Below the pieces are notes generated by a model that ran no database searches, was not told the DNA's origin, and worked only from the letters and a program-made list of their open reading frames with translations. A DNA stretch of 64,000 bases from a virus. How positions within the stretch are numbered: position 1 is the first letter of the stretch; every line of letters begins with the position of its first letter. The translations under genes were made by a program, and so were the position numbers. The stretch covers positions 2,646 through 66,645 of IMG/VR virus record IMGVR_UViG_3300030099_001508; one strand, written 5' to 3'. Shown piece after piece: positions 39,366 through 48,993 of this stretch.

Positions 39366-39499
39366 TGGCTAAAATGTTTTCAACTACAATCCATGAACCC
39401 ACTAAGAAGGGAACTTCTATGGGCAAGAAACCTATAACTTCTACAATGAATAAACATAAAAGACGAAGTTATAAAAAGTATAGAGGACAAGGTAAATGA
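39365..39499 (+). CDS. 44-aa basic peptide ending KKYRGQGK (not in ORF track)
   Basis: Hand translation MAKMFSTTIHEPTKKGTSMGKKPITSTMNKHKRRSYKKYRGQGK. Confidence 0.65.
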   Translation: MAKMFSTTIHEPTKKGTSMGKKPITSTMNKHKRRSYKKYRGQGK

Positions 39500-40023
39500 T
39501 AAACAAAGAATACAATCGTTGTTTAGAGATGATTTTACATCATGAAGGCGGATATGTAAATCATCCAGATGACCCAGGCGGCGAAACTAACTTAGGCGTG
39601 ACTAAGAAAGTTTATGATGCGTATTGTAAAAGTAATGGTATTAGACCAAAATCTATGAGAGATTTAGAAGTGTTAGATGTTGCACCTATCTATAAAACCG
39701 AATATTGGGATAGAGTAAAAGGTGATGACCTTCACCCAGCACTCGCACTTTGCATTTTCGATTTTGGTGTTAACGCTGGAACTGGAAGAGCTGCAAAGTT
39801 TATTCAGAAGATTGTTGGTACAGCAGTTGATGGTGGTATCGGCCCCAACTCACTTAAAAAGATTGATGCGTATGTTGAAAAACATGGTATTGAAAATGTT
39901 GTCAAAACATATCAATCAGACAGACAAAAGTATTATGAAAAGTTGAAACACTTCAAAACCTTTGGTCGTGGTTGGACACGAAGAGTTAACGAAACTACAG
40001 AAGCTGCACTACAACTTATTTGA
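39496..40023 (+). CDS. GH108 lysozyme/endolysin with PG-binding domain
   Basis: HEGGYVNHPDDPGGETNLGVT, FDFGVNAG, FGRGWTRRV. Confidence 0.93.
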   Translation: MINKEYNRCLEMILHHEGGYVNHPDDPGGETNLGVTKKVYDAYCKSNGIRPKSMRDLEVLDVAPIYKTEYWDRVKGDDLHPALALCIFDFGVNAGTGRAAKFIQKIVGTAVDGGIGPNSLKKIDAYVEKHGIENVVKTYQSDRQKYYEKLKHFKTFGRGWTRRVNETTEAALQLI

Positions 40024-40081
40024 CTTGACAAACTGGTTTGAGTTTGTTATGATGTATAAAATTTAACTGTGAGGATATATT

Positions 40082-40792
40082 ATGTTTACACACAAGTCGG
40101 TGGAGATACCAGAACTCTCTACTAAAAATGTCAATCGCAAGAGATTCTATTTAACTCCAGAGGGTAAACTTTATCCTTCTATTACCACTGTTTTACAAAG
40201 ACGTAAGATGGAAGGTCTTATGGAATGGAGAAAGAAAGTCGGTGATGATGTTGCAAATTATGTTGCAAGAACAGCTGCACATAGAGGAACTAAGGTTCAC
40301 CATATGTGTGAAGATTTTCTAAATAATAACTTTGATGAAGAAACACATAAGAAAAACTTTCTTCCTTATGTGTTATTTGGTCAGATGAAACCTATACTTA
40401 TGCAAAAAGTGGATAACATCTATGCACAAGAGTGTGGGTTATACTCTGATAAATATATGGTAGCAGGACGAGTAGATTGTATCGCTGAGTATAACGGTAT
40501 CCCATCTATTGTAGATTTCAAAACATCAACCAAAGAACGGAATGATGACTGGAATGAGTCTTACTATATTCAAGCGTCTGCATATGCAGAAATGTTTGAA
40601 GAACGAACTGGAATTGAAATTAATCAGATTGTAATTCTAGTTGTAACAGAAGACGGAATCGTTCAAGAGTTCATAAAGACTAAACATGACTACTTACCAC
40701 TACTAGTAGAATCTATAGACGATTTCACAACACATTGGGAAAAAGAAGAAAATGAAATGGTTCATAATAGTAGTAATGACAGCGCAGCTTAG
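40082..40792 (+). CDS. PD-(D/E)xK exonuclease
   Basis: YPSITTVL, RGTKVH, AGRVDCI, IVDFKTS, QASAY. Confidence 0.9.
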   Translation: MFTHKSVEIPELSTKNVNRKRFYLTPEGKLYPSITTVLQRRKMEGLMEWRKKVGDDVANYVARTAAHRGTKVHHMCEDFLNNNFDEETHKKNFLPYVLFGQMKPILMQKVDNIYAQECGLYSDKYMVAGRVDCIAEYNGIPSIVDFKTSTKERNDDWNESYYIQASAYAEMFEERTGIEINQIVILVVTEDGIVQEFIKTKHDYLPLLVESIDDFTTHWEKEENEMVHNSSNDSAA

Positions 40793-41018
40793 TGCTGGTG
40801 GGAAAGATGAAACACCTTTGTGGATACCAGAGTTGGTTTTTGATTCACAAGAAGAGTGTATGACTTTTGCAAGAAATAATCAAATAAGACTTTTTAGTAA
40901 ATCTGCAAGTGCATACAACAATAAAGTTTTACCCACTATGATGAATTGTGTCAATCAAGACATAATGGAAGAAATAGGTCAATTGTACGGAAAGAAGCAA
41001 AATGAGAAAAACATTTAG
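40752..41018 (+). CDS. small secreted/membrane hypothetical protein
   Basis: Hydrophobic N-term, FDSQEEC. Confidence 0.6.
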   Translation: MKWFIIVVMTAQLSAGGKDETPLWIPELVFDSQEECMTFARNNQIRLFSKSASAYNNKVLPTMMNCVNQDIMEEIGQLYGKKQNEKNI

Positions 41019-41367
41019 TGCATTGGTTTTATCACTTGTTCTAACAACAAGTGCGTATGCAGAACATGAAAAGAATACCTACAATTCACAAAAACCAGTA
41101 AGTTGTAATACAGTAGAAAACGTAACTAACCTTATTGGTGGTCAATTTGGTGAACTTCCATATATGCAAGGAGATGGTCTTGCGGCTGCAATTGATGGTC
41201 AACAATTTATTAAGACACAAATAGTTCTTGCAGTTAACCTAGAAACTAATACGTTCAGTGTTGTAGAAATAATTAATCCACAACTTGCGTGTATTATTGC
41301 TGGTGGTAATAACTTTAGATTTAATAAACCACCATCACAAAAAACGAATATCGTATTGGGGAATTAA
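41002..41367 (+). CDS. secreted hypothetical protein
   Basis: Signal peptide ending AYA, two Cys. Confidence 0.65.
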   Translation: MRKTFSALVLSLVLTTSAYAEHEKNTYNSQKPVSCNTVENVTNLIGGQFGELPYMQGDGLAAAIDGQQFIKTQIVLAVNLETNTFSVVEIINPQLACIIAGGNNFRFNKPPSQKTNIVLGN

Positions 41368-41793
41368 ATGTACGAGTACAAATGTAAAATGGTTAGAGTG
41401 GTTGATGGAGATACAGTTGATGTAGACATTGACTTGGGGTTCGGTGTTTGGATGCGAAATCAACGTATCCGAATGTATGGTATTGATACACCAGAATCTA
41501 GAACATCTGACAAAGTAGAAAAAAAATATGGAAAAGCTGCGGCCGCATTTTTAACAAAATGGACAAATGCTGGTGACCTTACCTTGAAAACATTCAAAGA
41601 TGATAGAGGTAAGTTTGGACGTATTTTGGGTGAACTTTGGTTTGGTGGTGAACACAATATCAATCAACTCTTAGTAGATAATCATCATGCAGTTCGTTAT
41701 CATGGACAATCTAAAGAAGAGATTAAAGAAGAGCATCTTGCAAACAGAGAAAAATTACATTTAGACCAAATGAAAAATGCACTTGACTATTAA
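41368..41793 (+). CDS. thermonuclease (SNase-like)
   Basis: RVVDGDTVD, RMYGIDTPE, GKFGRILG. Confidence 0.9.
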   Translation: MYEYKCKMVRVVDGDTVDVDIDLGFGVWMRNQRIRMYGIDTPESRTSDKVEKKYGKAAAAFLTKWTNAGDLTLKTFKDDRGKFGRILGELWFGGEHNINQLLVDNHHAVRYHGQSKEEIKEEHLANREKLHLDQMKNALDY

Positions 41794-41813
41794 GAGTGTT
41801 TGTGGTATAAATA
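41783..41813 (+). promoter_or_regulatory. overlapping sigma70 and T4 late promoter for tmRNA
   Basis: TTGACT-N17-TATAAA, where the -10 is also TATAAATA. Confidence 0.75.
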
Positions 41814-41819
41814 GAATCA

Positions 41820-42075
41820 CAATTTGTTGATACAAATCGAAGACTGGGCAGGACATGGGGGCAGTACCCATCACCTCCACCATAACTAAACCTCGATTGA
41901 GGGGGTGAACTAGGTTCGACTGACAGAGATAGAGGCGAGTAGAATTGTCGGATGACTGCGTGATAGGTCAAAACTGTAAATGCAAACGATAACTTTGCGC
42001 CTGTTGATTATGCTCTCGCAGCCTAATTAAACTGAGTTTTGATGGTGTACTTGGAAACAGAAACACCATCACCAG
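41820..42075 (+). ncRNA. ssrA: circularly permuted (two-piece) tmRNA
   Basis: T-arm ATGGG-GGCAGTA-CCCAT and CACCTCC-ACCA (to 41882) precede GGGGGTG...GGTTCGAC (41901); G3:U70 pair; tag ORF 41982-42026 ANDNFAPVDYALAA*. Confidence 0.93.
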
Positions 42076-42098
42076 ATTATAAATTAGTGGAGAAAAGT

Positions 42099-42446
42099 AT
42101 GAGACAATGGATATATGATTGCTGGAACGGTGTGATGGATGCAGAGACTAATCCACTAAGACACATCCCTCATTTACAAACTAGACATATGATATTACAA
42201 ATACTTGCATGGGTATGGTGTGCTACATTTGCTCAACTCATAGGTAGTTGGTATGTTTTTGGTTTTAGTGCAATTGCTCATGTCATTTTATTAGCAACAA
42301 TCGTACTCACAGTGGCTACATTTGAAACTGCAAAACGAAGACCTACATTTTTTCTAAGAGGTGGATATCATACACCAAGTCGTGCTAGAACCATTTGGGT
42401 AAATGGTAAAAAAATAGAAGACCCATATGGTGGAGAACACGAATGA
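42099..42446 (+). CDS. two-TM membrane hypothetical protein
   Basis: GGAG RBS before MRQW; NPLRHIP...QILAWVW. Confidence 0.7.
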   Translation: MRQWIYDCWNGVMDAETNPLRHIPHLQTRHMILQILAWVWCATFAQLIGSWYVFGFSAIAHVILLATIVLTVATFETAKRRPTFFLRGGYHTPSRARTIWVNGKKIEDPYGGEHE

Positions 42447-43123
42447 CCCAAGTAAATTTTAAACCCATTTTTCCTAGTCCTTTAGGTTATGTTAACTTTG
42501 GTAATGCAAATAAAGATTTAAATAAACAACTTATCAAAGATATGGAACAAGAAAGGAAAGAGGATATTGGTAAAAGTGCAACATTTAAAACTAATCAATG
42601 TGCATGGCAATCTCTTGGAAAAATGGAAGATAGGTGGGAAAGTTTTTCTACATTGCGTGAACAGATTACAAGAGCTTGTATTCCTATTCTAAAACATAGT
42701 GGAATTTCTGATATGGTCGCACCATTTGTAGATGTTTCTAATCTATGGGGTAATATTATATTTGATGCTGGTGGATTTTCTAAACCACATACTCATGGAA
42801 GTGGTCACACACTGTGGAGTGGTGTTTACTATCCCAAAGGTGTAGATGATATTGAAGACCTAGATGAATTTGATGAGGAAAAAACTATTATTAATGGTTG
42901 GGTCAGAGATGATGGTATGTTGATATTATTTGACCCAGCCTATGTTACTAAAACATTAATTACAACTAAATTTGACAATAAAGAATTTTATGGAAGTGAC
43001 GTTTCTGTAATACCAAGAGAATCATTATTAGTTTTATTTCCAACTTGGATGTTACACATGGTAACACCCTTGACAAGAAAAGAAAAAAGATATAGTATAT
43101 CTTTTGGTATTCATAAACCATAA
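42443..43123 (+). CDS. 2OG-Fe(II) oxygenase
   Basis: HTH, SGVYYP, FDP, LFPTWMLHMV, RYSISF. Confidence 0.85.
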   Translation: MTQVNFKPIFPSPLGYVNFGNANKDLNKQLIKDMEQERKEDIGKSATFKTNQCAWQSLGKMEDRWESFSTLREQITRACIPILKHSGISDMVAPFVDVSNLWGNIIFDAGGFSKPHTHGSGHTLWSGVYYPKGVDDIEDLDEFDEEKTIINGWVRDDGMLILFDPAYVTKTLITTKFDNKEFYGSDVSVIPRESLLVLFPTWMLHMVTPLTRKEKRYSISFGIHKP

Positions 43124-43133
43124 AGAGGAATTA

Positions 43134-43367
43134 ATGGAAGAAGTCGAAGAAAAATTAATGACACCTAAAAAGTTTTCTATCGCAATAGAGAAAACAGTTA
43201 AAGAGTCTGGTGGAACTTATATGGATGCACTATTAGATTACTGTGAAAAGTATCAGTTAGAACCAGAGATGATTAAACCCTTGATAACTAAATCTTTGAA
43301 AGAAAAGGTTGAGGTAGATGCAAGAAACCTTAACTATCTTCCAAAGGTTGCAACACTACCAATATGA
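43134..43367 (+). CDS. gp33: late transcription coactivator
   Basis: FSIAIE...YMDA...LKEKVEVDARNLNYL; gp33-gp59-gp32 synteny. Confidence 0.85.
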   Translation: MEEVEEKLMTPKKFSIAIEKTVKESGGTYMDALLDYCEKYQLEPEMIKPLITKSLKEKVEVDARNLNYLPKVATLPI

Positions 43368-43960
43368 TGGAAGCATACGAAGCCTATAAAATATATCATG
43401 CACTAAAGTTACACTTTAATAGTGACTATGATTACAACAAATATAATGGAAAAGCGAAAGTAACTGTAGATTCATATCTCAAGAGAAAAGATAGACCTTT
43501 CTTTGCAAAAGTAGCACGAAAGTATCTTACTCCAGAAAACACCAAGAACTTTTTCATATCTAATTTTATTGTTAATCCTAAAGGTTGGGTTGGTAACTTT
43601 AACGAACAAAACTATGATGAATATCGTAAAAGAAATCAGAGTTTGAAGTATAACTATAAAAATGAAATAGCTGAATTATTTCAAAAAATTTCAGTATTTG
43701 ATGAATTATTTCATGTAAAAGAAGGTCAACATCCTTTGTTATTAAAACAATTCCTTGCAAAGAAAGTTAGTATTGAGACTATGTGTATTATGGAAACTTT
43801 ACTTGAATATTGTAAATATTGGAATGAGGATATTGAGGAGCAATATGTTTGGAAAGAACAAGAAAAACTTATAAAAAATTACAGTTCTGTCTTGACTTTT
43901 GATAAAAGTTTGTATAAGATAATTACAATGTCAACCTTAAAGGAGTGTCTAAATGGATGA
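43364..43960 (+). CDS. gp59: helicase loader
   Basis: YHALKLHF..YDY.KY.GK...RKDR; HPLLLK. Confidence 0.88.
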   Translation: MMEAYEAYKIYHALKLHFNSDYDYNKYNGKAKVTVDSYLKRKDRPFFAKVARKYLTPENTKNFFISNFIVNPKGWVGNFNEQNYDEYRKRNQSLKYNYKNEIAELFQKISVFDELFHVKEGQHPLLLKQFLAKKVSIETMCIMETLLEYCKYWNEDIEEQYVWKEQEKLIKNYSSVLTFDKSLYKIITMSTLKECLNG

Positions 43961-44162
43961 CCAAAATTCTAAAGTTCTTTCAGTAATGAAAGAAAGGGAT
44001 TTCTACCATGCAAAGGTAGAAGAGCTCCAGAACCGAATTAAGGTTCTTGAGTATGACAATGCAGAACTCGTAAAGAGGGATGTAGAGTTATCTGCAAGAT
44101 GTAAAGACCTTGCATCTAAAACACAATTTAAACGACCACCACGGAGATTTGCTCGTGGATAG
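43953..44162 (+). CDS. small coiled-coil protein
   Basis: AGGAG RBS; RIKVLEYDNAEL. Confidence 0.6.
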   Translation: MDDQNSKVLSVMKERDFYHAKVEELQNRIKVLEYDNAELVKRDVELSARCKDLASKTQFKRPPRRFARG

Positions 44163-44373
44163 GTCTTACAAGGTCTATCAGGCAAAATACCTTATCCCCA
44201 AATCGGATAAGGGGCCTGCCTTTACACTTCCTGCTGACCCACCGAAGTTCCATGCAGAACTTCTTAGGGATGGTAGGTTGTGTGCGTTTATCACTAGAGA
44301 TACCTATGCAGAAGCAAAAGCAGAAGGTGAAAATCATATTAGGAGAGATGAAGTTGCAAGTCAAACTAGTTGA
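44155..44373 (+). CDS. small hypothetical protein
   Basis: Fills the gap before thyX; start uncertain (GTG). Confidence 0.4.
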   Translation: MDRSYKVYQAKYLIPKSDKGPAFTLPADPPKFHAELLRDGRLCAFITRDTYAEAKAEGENHIRRDEVASQTS

Positions 44374-45007
44374 TAAGATGGGTTCTGACCTAACGGTGGT
44401 AAACGCAGCTCGTGTCTCATTTGCAAAAGAATCTGAATGGGAAACGATTCCAGAGGGTGGTCAAATTGAAGGATTACTCTCACTTGGAGATGAAAAACTA
44501 ATTAAGTATCTTGCAAAACACAATCATTGGAGTCCTTTTGGACATTGTAATATGCAGTTTCATATCAAGGCTCCAATTTTTGTTGCAAGACAACTTGTAA
44601 AACACCAAGTCGGTTTGGTGTGGAATGAAGTATCCAGAAGGTATGTAGATGATGAACCAGAGTTCTATACACCTAAAGTCTGGAGACTAAAAGCTGATAA
44701 TAAGAAACAAGGTTCTAGTGATGAAACCATTGAATATAATATTGACGGTGCAATACAGTTTGTAACACAGACTTATAAAAACTTGTTACGAGAACAAGTT
44801 GCACCAGAGATGGCAAGAATGGTTTTACCACAGAATTTATACACTGAATGGTATTGGTCTGGTACATTAATGGCTTTCGCAAGAGTTTGTAATCTGCGTT
44901 GTGCAGACGATACTCAATGGGAAACAAGACAAATCGCAAATAAGATTGATGAATTTGGTGAAAAATTATTTGAATATTCTTGGAAAGAATTACGAAAAAT
45001 GACTTGA
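44348..45007 (+). CDS. thyX: FAD-dependent thymidylate synthase
   Basis: VVNAARVSF, HWSPF, ARQLVKH..G..WNEVSRRY, EMARMVLPQ. Confidence 0.93.
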   Translation: MKLQVKLVDKMGSDLTVVNAARVSFAKESEWETIPEGGQIEGLLSLGDEKLIKYLAKHNHWSPFGHCNMQFHIKAPIFVARQLVKHQVGLVWNEVSRRYVDDEPEFYTPKVWRLKADNKKQGSSDETIEYNIDGAIQFVTQTYKNLLREQVAPEMARMVLPQNLYTEWYWSGTLMAFARVCNLRCADDTQWETRQIANKIDEFGEKLFEYSWKELRKMT

Positions 45008-45034
45008 CTTTCAAGTTAGTTTAGTGTATAAATA
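45004..45034 (+). promoter_or_regulatory. overlapping sigma70/late promoter of gp32
   Basis: TTGACT-N17-TATAAATA. Confidence 0.7.
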
Positions 45035-45060
45035 AGGTTATATTATGAATAAAGTGAAAT

Positions 45061-45100
45061 TAACATACGATAACATACGATTACATATATTAACATAAGG
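45061..45100 (+). repeat. four 10-nt tandem units in the gp32 leader
   Basis: TAACATACGA TAACATACGA TTACATATAT TAACATAAGG. Confidence 0.8.
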
Positions 45101-45108
45101 AGAATAAT

Positions 45109-45990
45109 ATGTCAGTTAGTACTCTACGCAAGTCCAATACTTTGGACAAACTTCTTGCACAAGTTCAATCAGAAAGTGCTCCCCAAGAAAAGAAATCCTA
45201 TGTGGATGAAAGATTGTGGAAACCAGAACTAGATAAATCTGGAACTGGTCAAGCAGTAATTCGTTTCTTGCCTGCACCAGACGGTGAAGAACTTCCTTGG
45301 GTAAAAGTGTTTAAACACGCCTTCCAAGGCCCTACTGGTAAATGGTATATTGAAAACTCACTTACCACTATCGGTAAACAAGACCCAATGTCAGAACACA
45401 ACAGTGCGTTGTGGAATACTGGTGTTGAGTCTGATAAAGAACTTGCAAGAAAGCAAAAGAGAAAGTTAGAATACTACTCAAATATCTTTGTAGTATCTGA
45501 CCCAAAACACCCAGAGAACGAAGGTAAAGTGTTTCTGTTTCGTTATGGTAAAAAAATCTTTGATAAGATTATGGCAGCTATGCAACCAGAGTTTGAAGAT
45601 GAAACACCTATTAATCCATTTGATTTCTGGGAAGGTGCGAACTTCAAGTTGAAGATTCGCAAGGTTGATGGTTTCTGGAACTATGATAAGTCGGAGTTTG
45701 ATAGTGTGACTGCACTTGCAGATAGTGACGAGAAACTTGATGGTATTTGGAAAACTCAGTATTCATTACAAGAGTTCCTTGCACCAACCAACTTCAAATC
45801 ATATGATGAGTTGAAGAAAAGGTTAGATGATGTTCTCTCTGGAACTGTCACTGCATCTGCGGCTTCTATGATAGACGAAGATGTTGTGGAAACACCACAG
45901 TTCAAATCTGAACCTCAACCAACAATTCCAAGTGTTGAAGAAGATGATGATGATACCATGTCATACTTCCAAAAACTTGCGAATGAGTAG
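45109..45990 (+). CDS. gp32: ssDNA-binding protein
   Basis: DERLWKP, AVIRFLP, GKWYIENSL, YGKKIFDKI, NYDKSEF, acidic tail. Confidence 0.96.
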   Translation: MSVSTLRKSNTLDKLLAQVQSESAPQEKKSYVDERLWKPELDKSGTGQAVIRFLPAPDGEELPWVKVFKHAFQGPTGKWYIENSLTTIGKQDPMSEHNSALWNTGVESDKELARKQKRKLEYYSNIFVVSDPKHPENEGKVFLFRYGKKIFDKIMAAMQPEFEDETPINPFDFWEGANFKLKIRKVDGFWNYDKSEFDSVTALADSDEKLDGIWKTQYSLQEFLAPTNFKSYDELKKRLDDVLSGTVTASAASMIDEDVVETPQFKSEPQPTIPSVEEDDDDTMSYFQKLANE

Positions 45991-46036
45991 GGTGACTCCT
46001 CAATAAGTCCGTCTAAACCCAAGGTTAGGTTAGGGG

Positions 46037-46069
46037 GAAGGGAGAGTAGAAATACTCTCCCTTTTTTTT
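46037..46069 (+). terminator. intrinsic terminator
   Basis: AAGGGAGAGTA-GAAA-TACTCTCCCTT followed by T run. Confidence 0.88.
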
Positions 46070-46100
46070 GTACCTAAGACTCATTCTTAATTCTGGTTCT

Positions 46101-46108
46101 TATAAATA
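46101..46108 (+). promoter_or_regulatory. T4 late promoter
   Basis: TATAAATA. Confidence 0.7.
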
Positions 46109-46135
46109 GAGATAAGAGAGTGAGAGGTACTACTA

Positions 46136-46612
46136 ATGATTGAAATCGTAGCAGCCGTGTCAGCGGCAACTGGAGCATTTAACACCATTAAAGCAGGATT
46201 TGCAGCCGGCCGAGAAGTTGAATCTATGGCAAGTGACTTATCACGCTGGATGGGTGCAGTTTCAGATATTAAAAAAGCAGACGAATATAATAAAAAACCG
46301 CCCTTATTTAAGAAGCTCTTTAATGCTGGTTCAGTAGAAGAAGAGGCTATGCAAATCTTCATGGCTAAGAAAAAAGCAGAAGATATGAGAAATGAACTGA
46401 AACAGATAATCTCATTTACAAGAGGCCCATCTGCTTGGGAAGAGCTCTTGCGTACAGAAGCCGATATTCGTAAGAAAAGGCAACAGGCGATTTATGACCA
46501 ACAAGAAAGACGTAAACAAATCTTAGAATGGATTGCAATCGGTGTTTTAGTACTGGTTGTTGGTGGATTTGTATTTGGTCTACTCTGGTTATGGTTAAAC
46601 AGAGGTTATTAA
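46136..46612 (+). CDS. hypothetical protein with C-terminal TM
   Basis: AFNTIKAGF..GRE.ESM..DL.RW...GSVEEEA. Confidence 0.7.
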   Translation: MIEIVAAVSAATGAFNTIKAGFAAGREVESMASDLSRWMGAVSDIKKADEYNKKPPLFKKLFNAGSVEEEAMQIFMAKKKAEDMRNELKQIISFTRGPSAWEELLRTEADIRKKRQQAIYDQQERRKQILEWIAIGVLVLVVGGFVFGLLWLWLNRGY

Positions 46613-46615
46613 CCC

Positions 46616-46972
46616 ATGACAAAATTAATTGTTGTTTTGACAACAATACTATTTACAACTCCAGTATTTGCAGACATTTGGGGCAACTGTTACACTTGTA
46701 ATTTACCTAAACCAAGTGAGAACTGGACTCAAAGACAAAAGATTGAACGAGGGTTGATACCAAATAAAAAGTATACGACTTGTAGACTCAAGAAGAGAGT
46801 AAAGTCAAAGTATACTGGTAGACAAGCTTGTATTTACGTTGGGGGTAATAAAACATACACACTAATGTATGAAGATAACTGTCCTAGTCAATATAAATGT
46901 GTATATAATCCAGGCAGTAAAGAACCAAATATTGATGATGTTATGGATAGTTTAAATAACGCAACTAAGTAA
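46616..46972 (+). CDS. secreted Cys-containing hypothetical protein
   Basis: Signal peptide; TTCRL...CIY...CP..YKC. Confidence 0.65.
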   Translation: MTKLIVVLTTILFTTPVFADIWGNCYTCNLPKPSENWTQRQKIERGLIPNKKYTTCRLKKRVKSKYTGRQACIYVGGNKTYTLMYEDNCPSQYKCVYNPGSKEPNIDDVMDSLNNATK

Positions 46973-46973
46973 A

Positions 46974-48989
46974 TTAACTCATTGTCATAGACGCACCAGA
47001 CATAGACGCTGGGTCTGTTATATTTGTACTTGTGATTGTACTAGATTGTGATGTTGAACGATTATCAGTGTTATAATTATTTACGTTAATAGTCTCTGCA
47101 CCACCTTGTTTTCTCATTTCAGATTCACGAATTAATCTTTCCATTTCATCTGCATTACCAGTATTTCTTGCCTGCATATATGCGTCTGCAAGACCAGCAT
47201 CTGATATAGCCTGTAGACTCTCTTCAGATGCTTTTGGTAATAATCTTTCGCCTGTCTCTGGGTCAAGACCAGCAAACTCATAAACCTTATCTGGAATAAC
47301 TTTTGATACTTGAGATTTAATCCATCCCATAACACCACCGTCTTCATTTTTAGGTGATGGAAGAATAGAACGTAGAATACCTTTTAATAATCCTTTAGCG
47401 GCTTCTGCAACATTTGCTACACCAGATATTAAATCTTCAACTACATTATTTTCACCAGTAAATACACCTACAATGTAATCAATCGCTTTGGATACTAAAT
47501 TAAATGGTGCTTTTACGATATCCATGATAAGGTCTTTGAAACTAAATGATTCTAGACTTTTCTTTGCATCATCAAATCCTAAGAAACCTAAAATAAAACC
47601 CACACCCTTTTTCAATAGGTCAAGAGGTATACCAATTAGATTACCAATCAGTTTAGATAGACCACCACCTACACCATCAATAAATTTTGATACAATACTA
47701 TCACCCTCTGACTCTTTGAAACCATCAATAAAACCAGTGATAAGGTCAAACGCAGACATTACAATAGTTACTGGTAAGAATAATCTACCAAGAACTCGAC
47801 CAAATCCTTGTGCAAATGCCATGATTCTACCAATGACACCACCACTACCAGCCATTGCAGCCATTGATGTAGATGTAGATTTAATCATGCTGAATAAAGA
47901 CTGAAGTGGTTTTACAGCAGCTTTAATACCATCCATCAGCAAATCACCAAACTTGAGTATGCCTTGAAAGAACTTACTATTAACAAAGAAAGTTTTTACG
48001 TTTCCTACCATTCTACCAAATGATTTAAATGGTTCAGTAATTTTTGATGCATCAGCTGCTATATCTATTGCTTTGGGTATTTTTTTAAGTTGACCACCAA
48101 TTATATTTTTGTAACCCTTTACTGCGTCAGCAATAGATTCAAATGTTGCAAGAATAAAGTTGGGTGTTATTGCTTTTAATAATCCTTTTAAAGAAGTAGC
48201 AACTGTCTTAAAACCAGCGACACCTTTGGTTGCAACTAATTTTAGTGCGTTAAATTGTTTTGTCACTTCTGCAACAAATCCAGTGACAAATGATACAATT
48301 ATACCACCAATTAGACCTATGGGTGCAAGTAGACCTTTACCAACATCTTCTGCTTTAATATTCTGAATGCCCTCTGCAAGACCATCAATACTACCAGCAA
48401 TTCTTTCAAAAATATTTCTCTGTTCTGCAGCTTCCCTTTCTGCACGATTTTCTGCTTCAATTCTTTTAGAAGCTGCACTATCATCTTTATCCATTTTTGC
48501 TTGTTGGAGTGCAACCAAATCACCTTGTTCTTTTGCAAACCTATTAACACCCATAGTAAAATTGCCTTGTTCATCAACAAATCTATTAGCTGCAATATTA
48601 AATTCATCAACATTAATACCTAATAAATTTTCTGCACCAGATTTTAGTTGTTCACTGTATTGTGCTTGTGCATCAAGAACAGACTTTTGATATTTCATTT
48701 GAGAAAACTGTTCTTTAGTCAATCCAAGTCTTTGTCTAAGTAAGTTTTCTTCTCTTCTTGCTTTTAGAGCTGCAAATGTTTTGTTAAATATGGTTTGACC
48801 AACTGCACCTAAAGTAGAAACGCCTGGAATAGTTGCAAATGCACTAGTAAATGGGTCAAGAACACCTTTCTTCAAGTCACCACCAATTTGAGTTGCAATC
48901 TCCTTACCAGCAGATTGATTAAAATCTTTTAACTGTGCAGTTGCGTTCTCTAAGTTCTTAGACGCTTTTACTAGTTCCATATCAGCCAT
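46974..48989 (-). CDS. tape-measure/baseplate hub protein (gp29-like)
   Basis: Long helical G/A/F-rich protein downstream of gp26/gp51. Confidence 0.65.
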   Translation of the reverse strand: MADMELVKASKNLENATAQLKDFNQSAGKEIATQIGGDLKKGVLDPFTSAFATIPGVSTLGAVGQTIFNKTFAALKARREENLLRQRLGLTKEQFSQMKYQKSVLDAQAQYSEQLKSGAENLLGINVDEFNIAANRFVDEQGNFTMGVNRFAKEQGDLVALQQAKMDKDDSAASKRIEAENRAEREAAEQRNIFERIAGSIDGLAEGIQNIKAEDVGKGLLAPIGLIGGIIVSFVTGFVAEVTKQFNALKLVATKGVAGFKTVATSLKGLLKAITPNFILATFESIADAVKGYKNIIGGQLKKIPKAIDIAADASKITEPFKSFGRMVGNVKTFFVNSKFFQGILKFGDLLMDGIKAAVKPLQSLFSMIKSTSTSMAAMAGSGGVIGRIMAFAQGFGRVLGRLFLPVTIVMSAFDLITGFIDGFKESEGDSIVSKFIDGVGGGLSKLIGNLIGIPLDLLKKGVGFILGFLGFDDAKKSLESFSFKDLIMDIVKAPFNLVSKAIDYIVGVFTGENNVVEDLISGVANVAEAAKGLLKGILRSILPSPKNEDGGVMGWIKSQVSKVIPDKVYEFAGLDPETGERLLPKASEESLQAISDAGLADAYMQARNTGNADEMERLIRESEMRKQGGAETINVNNYNTDNRSTSQSSTITSTNITDPASMSGASMTMS

Positions 48990-48993
48990 TTAC

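Noticed and set aside
40082-40792. Exonuclease as Cas4 of a CRISPR system
   Set aside because: No Cys cluster, no other cas genes, and no repeat-spacer array seen in any intergenic region; a standard T4-like exonuclease
41850-41882. Stand-alone tRNA ending in CCA
   Set aside because: No D or anticodon arm; its acceptor partner lies downstream, so it is the tmRNA acceptor piece
42039-42098. N-terminal extension of ORF 42039..42446
   Set aside because: Overlaps the tmRNA 3' hairpin; a better RBS and ATG occur at 42099
45991-46036. Possible structured RNA after gp32
   Set aside because: Only a weak short hairpin before the terminator and no promoter; treated as 3' UTR
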